Shown: piece by piece, positions 54,753 through 64,000 of the stretch | Layout of the letters: each line of letters begins with the position of its first letter | Numbering within the stretch: the stretch's first letter is position 1 | IMG/VR virus record: IMGVR_UViG_3300044842_000203 | Span: 32,001 to 96,000 of that record | DNA from: a virus | Taxonomy: Duplodnaviria; Caudoviricetes | Length of the DNA: 64,000 bases | Direction: 5' to 3' (one strand) | Notes under the pieces: generated by a model | What the model was told of the DNA's origin: nothing | Databases searched by the model: none | What the model saw: the letters and a program-made list of their open reading frames with translations, nothing else | Made by a program: the position numbers and the translations under genes

Positions 54753-55727
54753 ATGGCGGGAACCGTTGCACGGCGCGATGAAGGCGCCGTGGCCACATTC
54801 GATTACGACACCTTCCCGGTGCTGGCCGAGGGCGTGGACGCACTGTCTGACGTGCTCGACGCCAACGTCGGCGACGAAGGCATCAAGCTCACCGACCTCA
54901 CGCGGGTGCGTTTCCCCACCGGGGGTGCCACCGCGTGGGAGATCCCAGATGACCTGACTGGTGAGCCGGAGACCACCCGCACCATCCGCGGCATGCTGGT
55001 GCACTGGCAGCCCAGCCGGGTGTACTGGGATCCCCCGGCCGAGGGTGAGCCGGAGACCACCAATGAGCCACCGATTTGTTCTTCGGTGGATGGCAAGGTC
55101 CCGGTGCCCGGTGGGGCGTTCGGTGATGACGGCGAGTACGCGCACCGTAACTTGCCGGTGCTGGTGGAGGGTCGGGGCAATGTGCGCACGTGCGAACACT
55201 GCCCGATGAACCAGTGGGGCTCGCATCCGAAGGAAGGCCGCAAAGGTAAGGCCTGTAAACAGCAGATTCTGCTGTTTGTGGTCCGCGAGGGTGAGACGCT
55301 GCCGACGATCGTGAGCGTTCCGCCCACGTCGCTGGCCGTGATCCGCGCCACGATGGTGAAGCTGTCTGCGCGCTACCAGATGCATTTCAGTCAGTTCGTG
55401 TTCGATCTCAGCCTGGAGAAGATCACCAAGGGTGAGACGTACTCCAAGCTCGTGATCCGGGTGGCTGGGCTGCTCGACGGTGCGCGCAAGGGCCGGCAGG
55501 GCCCGGTTGAGGACTCCCCGGCCGCTTCGGCGCTGGCGTTCTCGCACGAGTTCGCGAAGATGCTCACCCCAGCTGATGTGATCGAGGCAGCGGCCGGTTC
55601 GGGTCGCGAGACCAATGGCCATGTGCGCACCGGGGCGTCGGTGGATGACGTGATACCGGGCGGCCTCGCTGATGACGATGAACTGGGCGGCGACTTCGCC
55701 CACCAGGAAGAAGCGGCACTGTCGTGA
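54753..55727 (+). CDS. Putative ssDNA-binding/annealing protein
   Basis: P.CSS.DG, C..CPMNQWGS, GKACK, VPPTSL and an acidic C-terminal tail. Confidence 0.6.
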   Translation: MAGTVARRDEGAVATFDYDTFPVLAEGVDALSDVLDANVGDEGIKLTDLTRVRFPTGGATAWEIPDDLTGEPETTRTIRGMLVHWQPSRVYWDPPAEGEPETTNEPPICSSVDGKVPVPGGAFGDDGEYAHRNLPVLVEGRGNVRTCEHCPMNQWGSHPKEGRKGKACKQQILLFVVREGETLPTIVSVPPTSLAVIRATMVKLSARYQMHFSQFVFDLSLEKITKGETYSKLVIRVAGLLDGARKGRQGPVEDSPAASALAFSHEFAKMLTPADVIEAAAGSGRETNGHVRTGASVDDVIPGGLADDDELGGDFAHQEEAALS

Positions 55728-57946
55728 ACCCTGCCGAGCAGGCGCAAACCTTTTTTGGTGCGCTGCTCGGTGGGACCGGCGAACAGCTGGGCGGGTGTTG
55801 GCTCACCATCACCAAGATCTACCCGGCGAAAGACGCGGAACCACGGACGCAGTGGGTGAGGGCTGATCCTGACTCACTTGCGACCGTGGTGACGCGCACC
55901 GTGGGGGATGCCGACGCATCGGGGATCTACGTCGGCCTGGGACTGACCGACAACCGGCAATCCGACCCCAAGGTGGGCCGGTTACGCGCCGCGCACGTCA
56001 CGGGTTTGGCCTTCCTATCCCTCGACATTGACATCGCTGGCGATGGCCACGAGTCGGGCAAGCCCTACGTGCCCGATCTGGCCACCGCGCTGGCGCTGGC
56101 CTACGACTTGGGTCTTGAGCCGACCGTGGTGATTCACACGGGGCACGGGATTCAGGCGTTCTACCGGCTGGCCCAGCCGTGGGTGTTCGGCGCGGTCGAC
56201 GAGGACGACGACGGTGCCCCGGTTATCGACGACTCCAAGGTTGAGGCGGAGCGTAGGCGCGCGGCTGATCTGGTGTGGTCGTTCGTGACCAGCGTGCGGA
56301 TCCGGGCGAAACAAAAAGGTGGTTGGGCGGTCGACCCGACGGGGGATCTGGCTCGACTAGTGCGCATCCCCGGCACCCGCAACCGCAAGGTCGCTGGCGA
56401 AGACTTGCCGGTGGAGATCCTGGAGTGCGACCCGAATCGCCGCTACGACATTGAGCAGATCGAGGCGGTGCTGGCACCGTGTTCCCTGCTGGACCCCTAC
56501 CGGTCTTCGCATGAGGCGAAGGGCTCCCTGGCGGGCGCTGACCTGGCGGGTTTGTGGGCGCAGGTGCAGGCCGCGCAGCATCAGGGGTGGATGCCGGATT
56601 GGCTGCTCGCGGTGATCGAGTCGGGCTGGGATGACGCCCTGTGCCGCGTCTGGTCGGGTGCGGATGACAAGCGGTACCGCAATGACGATTCGGCTATTGA
56701 TCAAGCGTTGGCGGCGGCGATCCTGCGTTTGGAGTTGGGCGCGGAGGCGGCGGCGCAGGCCATCATGGCGCGGCGCTGCCGGATCGGGCGGAAGGTGGAG
56801 AAGGCCGACCCGGCGGAGCGGGGCGGCTACTACCTGGACTTGACGATCTCGAAGGTGGCGGCGCGGATCGCGGCCCGGCAGGAGTCGGGGCGTTCCGCGG
56901 AGCAGGTCATTGACGAGGTGATGGCGACTGCGCCAGAGGATGATCCCCCCCTGGACGTCAGCAGCCAGCCACCTACAGCGCCAGCTGTAGCTGACGAGCC
57001 AACCCCCAGCGATAGCGCTGTTTCGTTGGAAGTTGCGCCCGAGCCGACGCCTCACCCTCAACCTGAGGTTGAGACTGAGGCCCCGTCGGCGCCGGTCACG
57101 CCGCTGCGCCGGCCCGAGCCCGAAGACGAAGGTCCTCCTCCGGAGGTGCAGCACGCGGACGCGCCGAAGGCGCCCCGGTTGGGCCTGGACCCGTCCACCC
57201 CCGGCGGCCCGGATGCCACGGAGAAAAGCGTCGGCACGCAGCTGGCCGCGCAGCTGGGCCTGCCGGAGGGGGTGGCGATCTGGGCGGTTCAGGAGCGGCG
57301 TATGGCCGCTGTTGACGAGATCCGGGTGTGGATGGTGCGCAACGCCCGCGCTGAGGTGCACGGCAACAAACGGTGGCGCCCGAACACGGTGCGCCCGACC
57401 CGCTGGCGCCCGAAGGGCGAATGGGGCGACTCCAACGCGGTGCGCGAGCTTTACCTGCATGACCTGGGGCTGGTGGTGGACCCGGCGCGCGGCCGGGCGT
57501 GGCGTAACGATGGTTTTCTGCGGCTGCTGGAGTTGGCTCGCTGGTGCGATGAGGGCACCCCGGCGGAGCAGGTGCGCCTGGCGGTGGTGGGGATGCTGCG
57601 CCGCGCGGAGGGCACGAGCGTGTTCACCACGGCGCGGTCGAGTCGTGATCCGTGGCTGTCGGATGGGCACGTGTGGGTGCCGCTGGATTCGGTGCGCACG
57701 GCTATCGCGCAGGCCGGTTTCGGGGTGCCGAAGGCGTCTCCGTTGATGGACATCCTTGACGAGATGGGCTGCAAGGTGCAGTCGGGGATGCGGGTGGTCG
57801 AGGCGCATCAGGTGGCGGATGACGAGACGCCGTGGGTGCTGCTCAACGATGAGTTGATCACGCCGGAGTTGGCGGAGCACGTGCGGTTGCGGGCCACGGA
57901 TCGGGACGCGGCGGATGCCCGTTCGGGTTTGCGGAGAATCCAGTGA
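55724..57946 (+). CDS. RepB-type (AEP) primase/replication protein
   Basis: LDIDI, HTGHGIQAFY, DLARLVRIPGTRNRK, D.SAID helical domain. Confidence 0.75.
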   Translation: MNPAEQAQTFFGALLGGTGEQLGGCWLTITKIYPAKDAEPRTQWVRADPDSLATVVTRTVGDADASGIYVGLGLTDNRQSDPKVGRLRAAHVTGLAFLSLDIDIAGDGHESGKPYVPDLATALALAYDLGLEPTVVIHTGHGIQAFYRLAQPWVFGAVDEDDDGAPVIDDSKVEAERRRAADLVWSFVTSVRIRAKQKGGWAVDPTGDLARLVRIPGTRNRKVAGEDLPVEILECDPNRRYDIEQIEAVLAPCSLLDPYRSSHEAKGSLAGADLAGLWAQVQAAQHQGWMPDWLLAVIESGWDDALCRVWSGADDKRYRNDDSAIDQALAAAILRLELGAEAAAQAIMARRCRIGRKVEKADPAERGGYYLDLTISKVAARIAARQESGRSAEQVIDEVMATAPEDDPPLDVSSQPPTAPAVADEPTPSDSAVSLEVAPEPTPHPQPEVETEAPSAPVTPLRRPEPEDEGPPPEVQHADAPKAPRLGLDPSTPGGPDATEKSVGTQLAAQLGLPEGVAIWAVQERRMAAVDEIRVWMVRNARAEVHGNKRWRPNTVRPTRWRPKGEWGDSNAVRELYLHDLGLVVDPARGRAWRNDGFLRLLELARWCDEGTPAEQVRLAVVGMLRRAEGTSVFTTARSSRDPWLSDGHVWVPLDSVRTAIAQAGFGVPKASPLMDILDEMGCKVQSGMRVVEAHQVADDETPWVLLNDELITPELAEHVRLRATDRDAADARSGLRRIQ

Positions 57947-58267
57947 GCGCGCTGGCGCCGTGCACGCCGGCTGGGTGTTTGGTGTGCCGGTATCCGGTGG
58001 CGACCGCGCATGCACGTTGGGGCCCGATTCATGCATCGTGCCTGGACAAAAGCGCCGACATCGTGGAGTGGTTGTCGGTGCTGGTGGCGGGCCGGCTGGG
58101 TGGGTGTGTGGCGTGTCGGGGCTCGTCGATGTGGCATCACCCGGTGCATGGCCCGCTGCATCCGGCGTGTGTGCGTCGGGCGATGACGTTGCTGGATGAC
58201 GGGGGTCAGGCGCCGACTGCGGTGCCGGTGGGGGGTCCGAAGCGGGGTGCCTACGCCCGCCGTGCCA

Positions 58268-58290
58268 TGGTAGGCTAGTCTCCGTTCCGG
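58268..58290 (+). promoter_or_regulatory. GTTCCGG-motif promoter
   Basis: TGG-TAGGCT-N7-GTTCCGG. Confidence 0.75.
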
Positions 58291-58311
58291 CATTTCGAGG
58301 CAGGAGACCAC

Positions 58312-58602
58312 ATGCCTACCAGGCGGGACATCCGCGTAGCCAAGAAGCGGCTGCTCGTCGAGCTGGTCGAGGAGCTGGAGGATCGCGAGCAGTACGAAAC
58401 CGGGGCCGGTGTCGAGGCCACACATCAGCTGGTCGCCGAGTTCCGCGCTCGCGCCGGCATCGCGCTGCCCGAACCTGCCCCCGGCCAGGAGCCGCTACCC
58501 GGTATCGGGTTGTGGCAAATCGACTTCCCCGAAGGCTTCCGCAACGGCCAGCCGGCCGTGGTGACCGAGTTCCGGCCAACCTGGAGGACTGATGAACACT
58601 GA
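58312..58602 (+). CDS. Hypothetical protein
   Basis: Motif promoter and AGGAG RBS. Confidence 0.6.
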   Translation: MPTRRDIRVAKKRLLVELVEELEDREQYETGAGVEATHQLVAEFRARAGIALPEPAPGQEPLPGIGLWQIDFPEGFRNGQPAVVTEFRPTWRTDEH

Positions 58603-59017
58603 CGAGCTGAACATGCAGATACAACAGCTGCGCAGGGCCGTGCCGGCTTTAGAGTTCCCGCCCCCCGACTGCCAGTTTTGCGGTGAGCCAACCAACCCGG
58701 TCGACGACTGTTTTGACTGCGAGAACTGCGGCCTAACCTGGGACCGAGAGGGCAGGTTCCTGGAGCCGATCAACAGGGATGTGCCGCGCTGCGGCGCTGA
58801 AATCAAGCCCTGGGCTGATAACCCGAAGTACGCGGTTATTCAGGGACACACCTACTGCTGCGTGCTCGATGCGGGCCACGGTGAGGGCGAGCACCCGCGG
58901 ATGACTCATCGCGGCTACCGGGTGGACAAGGACTACACCCTCGACGACACGCACTCGTGGCCCGTGGATCCAAACAATCCCCGCTACCCAGAGCTAGAAG
59001 TGGTGGTGAAGTCGTGA
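58592..59017 (+). CDS. Zn-ribbon protein
   Basis: CQFC...CENC; GTTCCGG leader and GGAGG. Confidence 0.6.
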   Translation: MNTDELNMQIQQLRRAVPALEFPPPDCQFCGEPTNPVDDCFDCENCGLTWDREGRFLEPINRDVPRCGAEIKPWADNPKYAVIQGHTYCCVLDAGHGEGEHPRMTHRGYRVDKDYTLDDTHSWPVDPNNPRYPELEVVVKS

Positions 59018-59192
59018 GCCACTCCGTGACTTGGAAAGTCACGCTGCGCACTGAGGAGGAGCTGACTGCCACGGTGACCGCGGATGTGGACGCTGATGAG
59101 GAAACACTGCGCGAGCTGGCACTCCAGCAAGCCGATGACGGCGAGGTGACCTGGGAAACCGTCTACGCGGAGACCTCGGCGGTGATGGTCGA

Positions 59193-59972
59193 ATGACCGC
59201 CACTATCACCCGCCGCTGGACCTACTCGGCCGCGCTCGCTTACGTCACCTGTCCACATCAGTGGTGGCTGACCCGAGTCGCCAACACTCCCCGCGCCCCG
59301 GCCGAGCCCGAGGCGTTCCGCGGGATGCTCATGCACGCTGGCCTGGCGGCTGGCTGGCCCGAGGCGCATCGCCTGATTCAGGCCGGCGTGGACCCCGCCA
59401 TGGTGGAGCTATCCGCCGACGACGCCCTGATCGACGCCATGGAGCAAGAGGCAACCCGACTCAACGTTCCGGTCACCCCCGAGATGGTGGACACCGCTTG
59501 CCGGGCCTTGCATTACTGCGGCCCCCAACCTGGTGATGAACTGATCGGTACGGAGTTGGATCTCGACATCCGCGTCGACGGGGTGCCAGTTGGTTACCGC
59601 GCCGATCTGATTTACCGCCGGGACGGGGCGCACGTGGTGCGCGACTGGAAGTCCCGCACCACCCTGCCCAAGACTCGCGACCTGCCGCGGGACTGGCAGC
59701 TGGGGGTGGGCGCACTTGCGGTGGCCCGCACCTACGGTACGACGAACGTGCTCGTCGAGATGGCGTCCATCAACGGTGCTACTTCCGTGTGCACCCCGAT
59801 CGGCCGTGATCAGGCCCGCCGGCACGGTCAGCTGGTGGCCGAGGTGGCCCATAAAGCGGAGGCCGATACCGAGCATGCGCCGAAGCCTGGCAAAGCATGC
59901 GGTGCTTGTCCGGTGCGCGGCGCCTGTTTCGTGCACAACCCAGTTCCGGCTATACAGGAGGCAATCTCATGA
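59193..59972 (+). CDS. PD-(D/E)XK RecB/Cas4-like nuclease
   Basis: SAA...CP, G..MH..L, ADLI, DWKS, Q, CGACP...C. Confidence 0.8.
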   Translation: MTATITRRWTYSAALAYVTCPHQWWLTRVANTPRAPAEPEAFRGMLMHAGLAAGWPEAHRLIQAGVDPAMVELSADDALIDAMEQEATRLNVPVTPEMVDTACRALHYCGPQPGDELIGTELDLDIRVDGVPVGYRADLIYRRDGAHVVRDWKSRTTLPKTRDLPRDWQLGVGALAVARTYGTTNVLVEMASINGATSVCTPIGRDQARRHGQLVAEVAHKAEADTEHAPKPGKACGACPVRGACFVHNPVPAIQEAIS

Positions 59973-60478
59973 TTTTCGTCGATGACGTAGCGATTCAGGC
60001 TGACGTGCACAACGCTGAGGTGGGCATCACCCACCGATCACGCTGGTATCACCTGATCTCTGATCGGCTCGATCCCGAGGAGTTGCATAAGTTTGCTACG
60101 GAATCACTCAAACTGCGCCGCTCCTACTTCCAGCCGGGTCGCGATCTTATGAGCCGGGAGCACGATCCGGCGCACGACCACTATGACCTGACCGAAGGCA
60201 AGCGCAAGCTAGCTATTCAGAAGGGCGCGATTCCGATCAGCACCGTTGATCTGGGGTCGATTATTCGGCTCAAGCGCGAAGCACTCCGGTTTCCGCAATG
60301 CGGCTACGCCCTTGTTCAGAATCGCAGTGATGGGTGGGTTTGTGGCTTGGAATGGGGCCAGGAAGCTGAGGATTCTCCGATGGTCGGGGCAGCGGCCTAT
60401 GGGGTGGGCGAAACCATTCACGAGGCGATCACCGCTGCCCTGCGTGAATCGTCACCGGTAGGAGGCTCCCATGCTTGA
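59969..60478 (+). CDS. DUF4031-domain protein
   Basis: IFVDD...WYHLISD...ELHKFA...RSYFQ...HYDLTEGKR.LAI..GA. Confidence 0.8.
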   Translation: MIFVDDVAIQADVHNAEVGITHRSRWYHLISDRLDPEELHKFATESLKLRRSYFQPGRDLMSREHDPAHDHYDLTEGKRKLAIQKGAIPISTVDLGSIIRLKREALRFPQCGYALVQNRSDGWVCGLEWGQEAEDSPMVGAAAYGVGETIHEAITAALRESSPVGGSHA

Positions 60479-61001
60479 TCTCGATGTGGCCGCGGCGGAG
60501 ATTTGCTCCAACGTCGGCAAAGCCTTCCCCGATCAGCTCGATCATCGCGGCGAGATGATCCTGCGTCAGCTGCTCGCGCTGGCTGAGGAAGCCACCGAAC
60601 TCGACGAGGCACTAGAGCTTCACCACGTCCTGGGCACCATCCCCATGCACGATCACCTCGGTGAGGAGATTGTCGACACGATCCTCACCGCGCACATGGT
60701 GGCGTTCTATGTGCAGCGGCCACTGTCGCTTGTTGTTGAAAAGCTGGAAGCCGAGGGCATGGAGATCACCGAGGCGCCCTATCGGGTTGCCGGTAGGGCG
60801 GTGAAAGCCGGCCGGCGTTTCCTGGGCATCGCCCGACGCACCGGAGATGAAGCCACCCTGTACCGGGAACTGGCCGCGCTCGTGCTCGCCTGCAAACACG
60901 TGGCGCGGCGCGAGTTCGTCCTACTCGACCAGGCCGTGGCCGCGAAACTCCAAGTGATCTTTTCCCGCGGCTGGAAGGAGAGCGCGCCGTGTGCCGGGTA
61001 G
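60471..61001 (+). CDS. MazG-like NTP pyrophosphohydrolase
   Basis: LAEEATEL...LGEEIVD plus a degenerate second repeat. Confidence 0.6.
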   Translation: MLDLDVAAAEICSNVGKAFPDQLDHRGEMILRQLLALAEEATELDEALELHHVLGTIPMHDHLGEEIVDTILTAHMVAFYVQRPLSLVVEKLEAEGMEITEAPYRVAGRAVKAGRRFLGIARRTGDEATLYRELAALVLACKHVARREFVLLDQAVAAKLQVIFSRGWKESAPCAG

Positions 61002-61420
61002 AAGACTGCGACCCTTGGGCGGTTTACCGCGAAACTACGCGCACCGCCCGTAAACCACACCTGTGCTTCGAGTGCGGGCGCATCATCGCCAAAGGCGAAC
61101 GCTACCGCTACGCCACGGGGAAACACCCAGACAATCCGCGCGGCGGCTGGGACGAGTTCAAACTTTGCGTCCACTGCAACGCCGCCGCGCAATGGCTGAT
61201 CGTCATGTGCAACGGCTATCTGTTCGGCGGTATCGGCGAAGAGTTGCGCGAACACTGGGACGAGGAGTGGCGGCTACGCAGTGTCGGACTTGCCCGATTG
61301 ATCATCGGCATTGACAACCGCTGGCGGCGCAGCAAGTACGCCACCGGCCTCATCGAAGTGCCCGACTGGGCCGGCGACTGCGCCCGCGAAACCCTGAAAC
61401 GAAACAAGGTCGCCGCATGA
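60989..61420 (+). CDS. Conserved Zn-binding phage protein
   Basis: ARKPHLCFECGRII.KGERY...CVHC. Confidence 0.7.
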   Translation: MCRVEDCDPWAVYRETTRTARKPHLCFECGRIIAKGERYRYATGKHPDNPRGGWDEFKLCVHCNAAAQWLIVMCNGYLFGGIGEELREHWDEEWRLRSVGLARLIIGIDNRWRRSKYATGLIEVPDWAGDCARETLKRNKVAA

Positions 61421-61973
61421 TCGCCGAACCTGCACACGACCCGGAAAGGACCGAACAACTTGACCTCACCCGCCACGACACCACCGGTGTCCGCCGAGCC
61501 GGAGCAGGCCCCCGCTGGTCCCCCGAGCCCACCCCCGACTTTCACCCCCATCTTCGACCAGTTGTGTCGGGACATCGGCCCTTTGATGCGGCAGAAGGCG
61601 GTCGACGCACGGATAGATCCGAGCGACCCGCTGGGCAGCACGCCAAAGACAGATCCACCAAAGCACGCCGACCTGAGCGACGACGAATAGCTCCAGACTG
61701 GATGCACCGAGCCTATGCGCACCTGCGCGGCTGGTTCTGGGTTGATTGCCCCGTGTGCGGCCAGCAGTTCGGCGGGCATGAGTGGCGCCGCATGGACCGG
61801 GCTGCTGATCGGGGCATGGGGCACATCGCCACATTGTGGACCCCGCCCGATGAGCCGCTGGCGGAGATCTGCCCGGCGTGCACGATGCGCGGCGAGGGCT
61901 GCATCTCGCACGCCCGTCACGGCAACCGGCATGCTCGCTGCCCCTACCTGTTCGCGCTGCCACAGTAGCTCGC

Positions 61974-62441
61974 ATGGACATCACCGTGCCGATGGTCAGC
62001 GCCACAGGTGTCCCGCTGTCGGGGCGACTGATCTACGACCCGGTTCGCAATCCGCTGGCGATTGACCTGATTCTTAGCTGCATCACGGGTGAGGTGTTCC
62101 CGATCGCCCGGCAGTTGGTCGCCGAGGCGTATGCGCATTCCCCGGTGCTGCTCGGCCTGGGTGCGCGGGTGCAGATGCAGATCCGGGACAGGCAGACCAC
62201 GGTGATCGTGCTGTTCCCCCGAGAGGCGCCCGCGCAGATGTTCTACCTCTCGACGCAGTCCCTGTTGACGTTCGTGACGGGCACTCGGCAGTTGACGGAG
62301 CCGTGCGTGGAGGGGGTGTGTGAGCAAGCGGGGTGTTTTGAGTGCGCGTGGCTGCGCAGGCAGATCCCCGCCTGCTCCTGCGGGGTGGTAGACTGCAACT
62401 CGTTCCGGCCTGTTGAGTGTCCGCCCGAGGAGGATCTGTGA
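61974..62441 (+). CDS. SsgA-like protein (SALP) with a Cys-rich tail
   Basis: VPLSGRLIYDPVRNPLAIDL...FPIARQLVAE...GLGARVQM...L.TQSLLTFV..T..L matches the SALP pattern. Confidence 0.6.
   Translation: MDITVPMVSATGVPLSGRLIYDPVRNPLAIDLILSCITGEVFPIARQLVAEAYAHSPVLLGLGARVQMQIRDRQTTVIVLFPREAPAQMFYLSTQSLLTFVTGTRQLTEPCVEGVCEQAGCFECAWLRRQIPACSCGVVDCNSFRPVECPPEEDL
62386..62408 (+). promoter_or_regulatory. GTTCCGG-motif promoter (inside the 3' end of the SsgA-like gene)
   Basis: TGG-TAGACT-N7-GTTCCGG, then GAGGAGG and GTG 62438. Confidence 0.7.
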
Positions 62442-62633
62442 AGGCACCCATCAAGCGCGTGCGCGCCTACTACCGCGACCGCGATGTCGTCTGGTGGATC
62501 AGCTATGTAGTGGCCTGTCTCTGCTGGCTCATCGTGATCGGCTGCATGGTTGACCTGGTGTGGCCGCTATAGCCATGGGCGCGCGGCTGCAAAAAGTGTC
62601 GCGCAGATTATCGAACGGAGGAGGTGGTCGAAG

Positions 62634-64000
62634 ATGGGAGAACTCACGCCCGATACAGTGCACTTGTTAGCTAGCGGACAAATCGAGCGTATTTGGGGTC
62701 CTCCCGGTTAGCACCGGGAAATCCACCAAGCTCAAAGAGCGCATCAAAGACGCGGTGGCCGAACACGGGGCCGACGCCGTAGCGGTCACCTCGTTCACCG
62801 TTACCGCCGCGCGCTCCATCGCCCAGATGGATCTATCCCTACCCGATCACGCCGTCGGCACACTGCACTCACTGGCCTACCGGGCCATCGGGCACCCCGA
62901 CGTCGCACTCGACAAAAAGGTCATCGCCGACTGGAACAAGCGCGTCGGCTTCGAGTGGCGCATCACCCCCGACTCCCGCCGGGGCGCCCCCGACGCCGAC
63001 CAGGGCGGCCGGGACTCCGGCGATGCCCTGCTGGCCGCCTACGACATGCTGCGATCTCAACTGACCCCACCGGAGGCGATGCCTGCCGATGTGCGCCGTT
63101 TCGCCGCAGCCTGGGATGGGTGGAAACGCGAGGCCGGTGGCTGTGTGGATTACACAGACATGATCTCTATGGCGTTGCAGCAGGCCCTGGAGGGGCAGAA
63201 GGCGCCCGGCGCCCCAAAGGTGCTGATCTCCGACGAGGCGCAGGATATGACCCCGCTGGAGACGGCGCTGCTGCTGGCGTGGCGGGCGCCGCACACCATC
63301 TTCGCCCTCGACGACGACCAGGCCATCAATGAGTGGCGCGGTGGAGACGCTGGCCCGATCCTGCTCATGGAAGACAGTGACGACTGCGCTATCACCGATA
63401 CACCACTTGAGCAGTCGTGGCGGATTCCCGCCGCGGTGCACATGATCGCCCAAACGTGGATTGAGCAGTGCTCATTTCGCCGCGACAAGGAGTACCGGCC
63501 GCGGGACTACGACGGTCGCGCCTACGCGGTGCGCTACCCGATCGAGCATCAGGCCACCGCGGAGGCCATCGCCAACGATGTGCACGCTGGGCGGTCCGTG
63601 ATGGCCATCGCTTCGTGCGAGTACATGCTGCGTGTCCTGATCTCGAACCTGCGCCGACTCGGGGTGCCTTATGCCAACCGCTACCGGCCCGCGGAGGGGC
63701 GCTGGAATCCGTTGTACTCAGCGACGGGCATGACCACGGCGGAGCGCCTGTACCGCTACCTGGTGCTTGATGAGCGCGCCCTGGGGGCTGATTCGCGGCT
63801 GTGGACCGGCGATGACGTGCGCGCATGGCTGGAGTTGGTGGGGGTGAAAGAGGCCCGGCTCGCGAAGGGCGCGAAAGCGAAAGCGAAGAACTTCCCCGCC
63901 GGGGAGCTGGACGTGGCGCAGGTTATTGGCATGTTCGCCGACGAGGACGCTTTTGGGGACGCCACTGAACCGTCCCTGAATTGGCTACTGAACGCGGCGA
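62634..64000 (+). pseudogene. UvrD/Rep SF1A helicase interrupted by a 4-nt insertion with a stop codon in Walker A (partial at window end)
   Basis: ATG 62634...IWGPPG-TAG(62709)-C, then TGKSTKL...SFTVTAA...GTLHSLAY...DYTDMI...DEAQD...DDDQAINEWRG...LEQSWR continues open from 62713. Confidence 0.8.

Noticed and set aside
53349-58036. Long antisense ORFs (53349-55703, 56357-58036; also 51693-53342, 37341-38600)
   Set aside because: Antiparallel to well-supported genes; typical high-GC shadow frames with no motifs or RBS
1352-62408. GTTCCGG as a LexA SOS box
   Set aside because: Shares only GTTC; the palindromic CGAAC-N4-GTTCG partner is absent

Overview
High-GC DNA from a large actinobacterial phage or phage-plasmid. 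TraB, SsgA-like and XRE/DUF397 genes point to a filamentous actinomycete host (inference). Layout: (i) 1-11 kb, leftward head module: portal, MuF-like protein, a multi-domain protein with a 2H-phosphoesterase, and an HK97-type prohead protease fused to a long protein that runs off the window and is missing from the ORF track. (ii) 12.4-19.8 kb: an XRE/DUF397 pair plus a Streptomyces-plasmid-type conjugation module (GntR/UTRA repressor with twin palindromic operators, membrane proteins, TraB, clt-like repeat arrays). No integrase or plasmid Rep is recognisable. (iii) 19.7-47 kb: dozens of small leftward genes, plus DnaE, a CDF transporter, an HNH lipoprotein and a kinase. (iv) 47.5-64 kb, rightward replication block: Dda/RecD helicase, SNF2 helicase, DnaQ-like exonuclease, RepB-type primase, PD-(D/E)XK nuclease, SsgA-like protein, and a UvrD with a 4-nt insertion in its Walker A. 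The most striking unexplained structure is regulatory. At least 23 promoters share TGG-TAnnnT-N7-GTTCCGG, so their transcripts should begin GUUCCGG...GAGGAG. A ~115-nt non-coding unit at 4257-4372, with its own promoter and terminator, carries the exact complement of that leader and its Shine-Dalgarno. It is a candidate master antisense RNA for the whole regulon. All family calls come from motif recognition by eye; no database searches were run.
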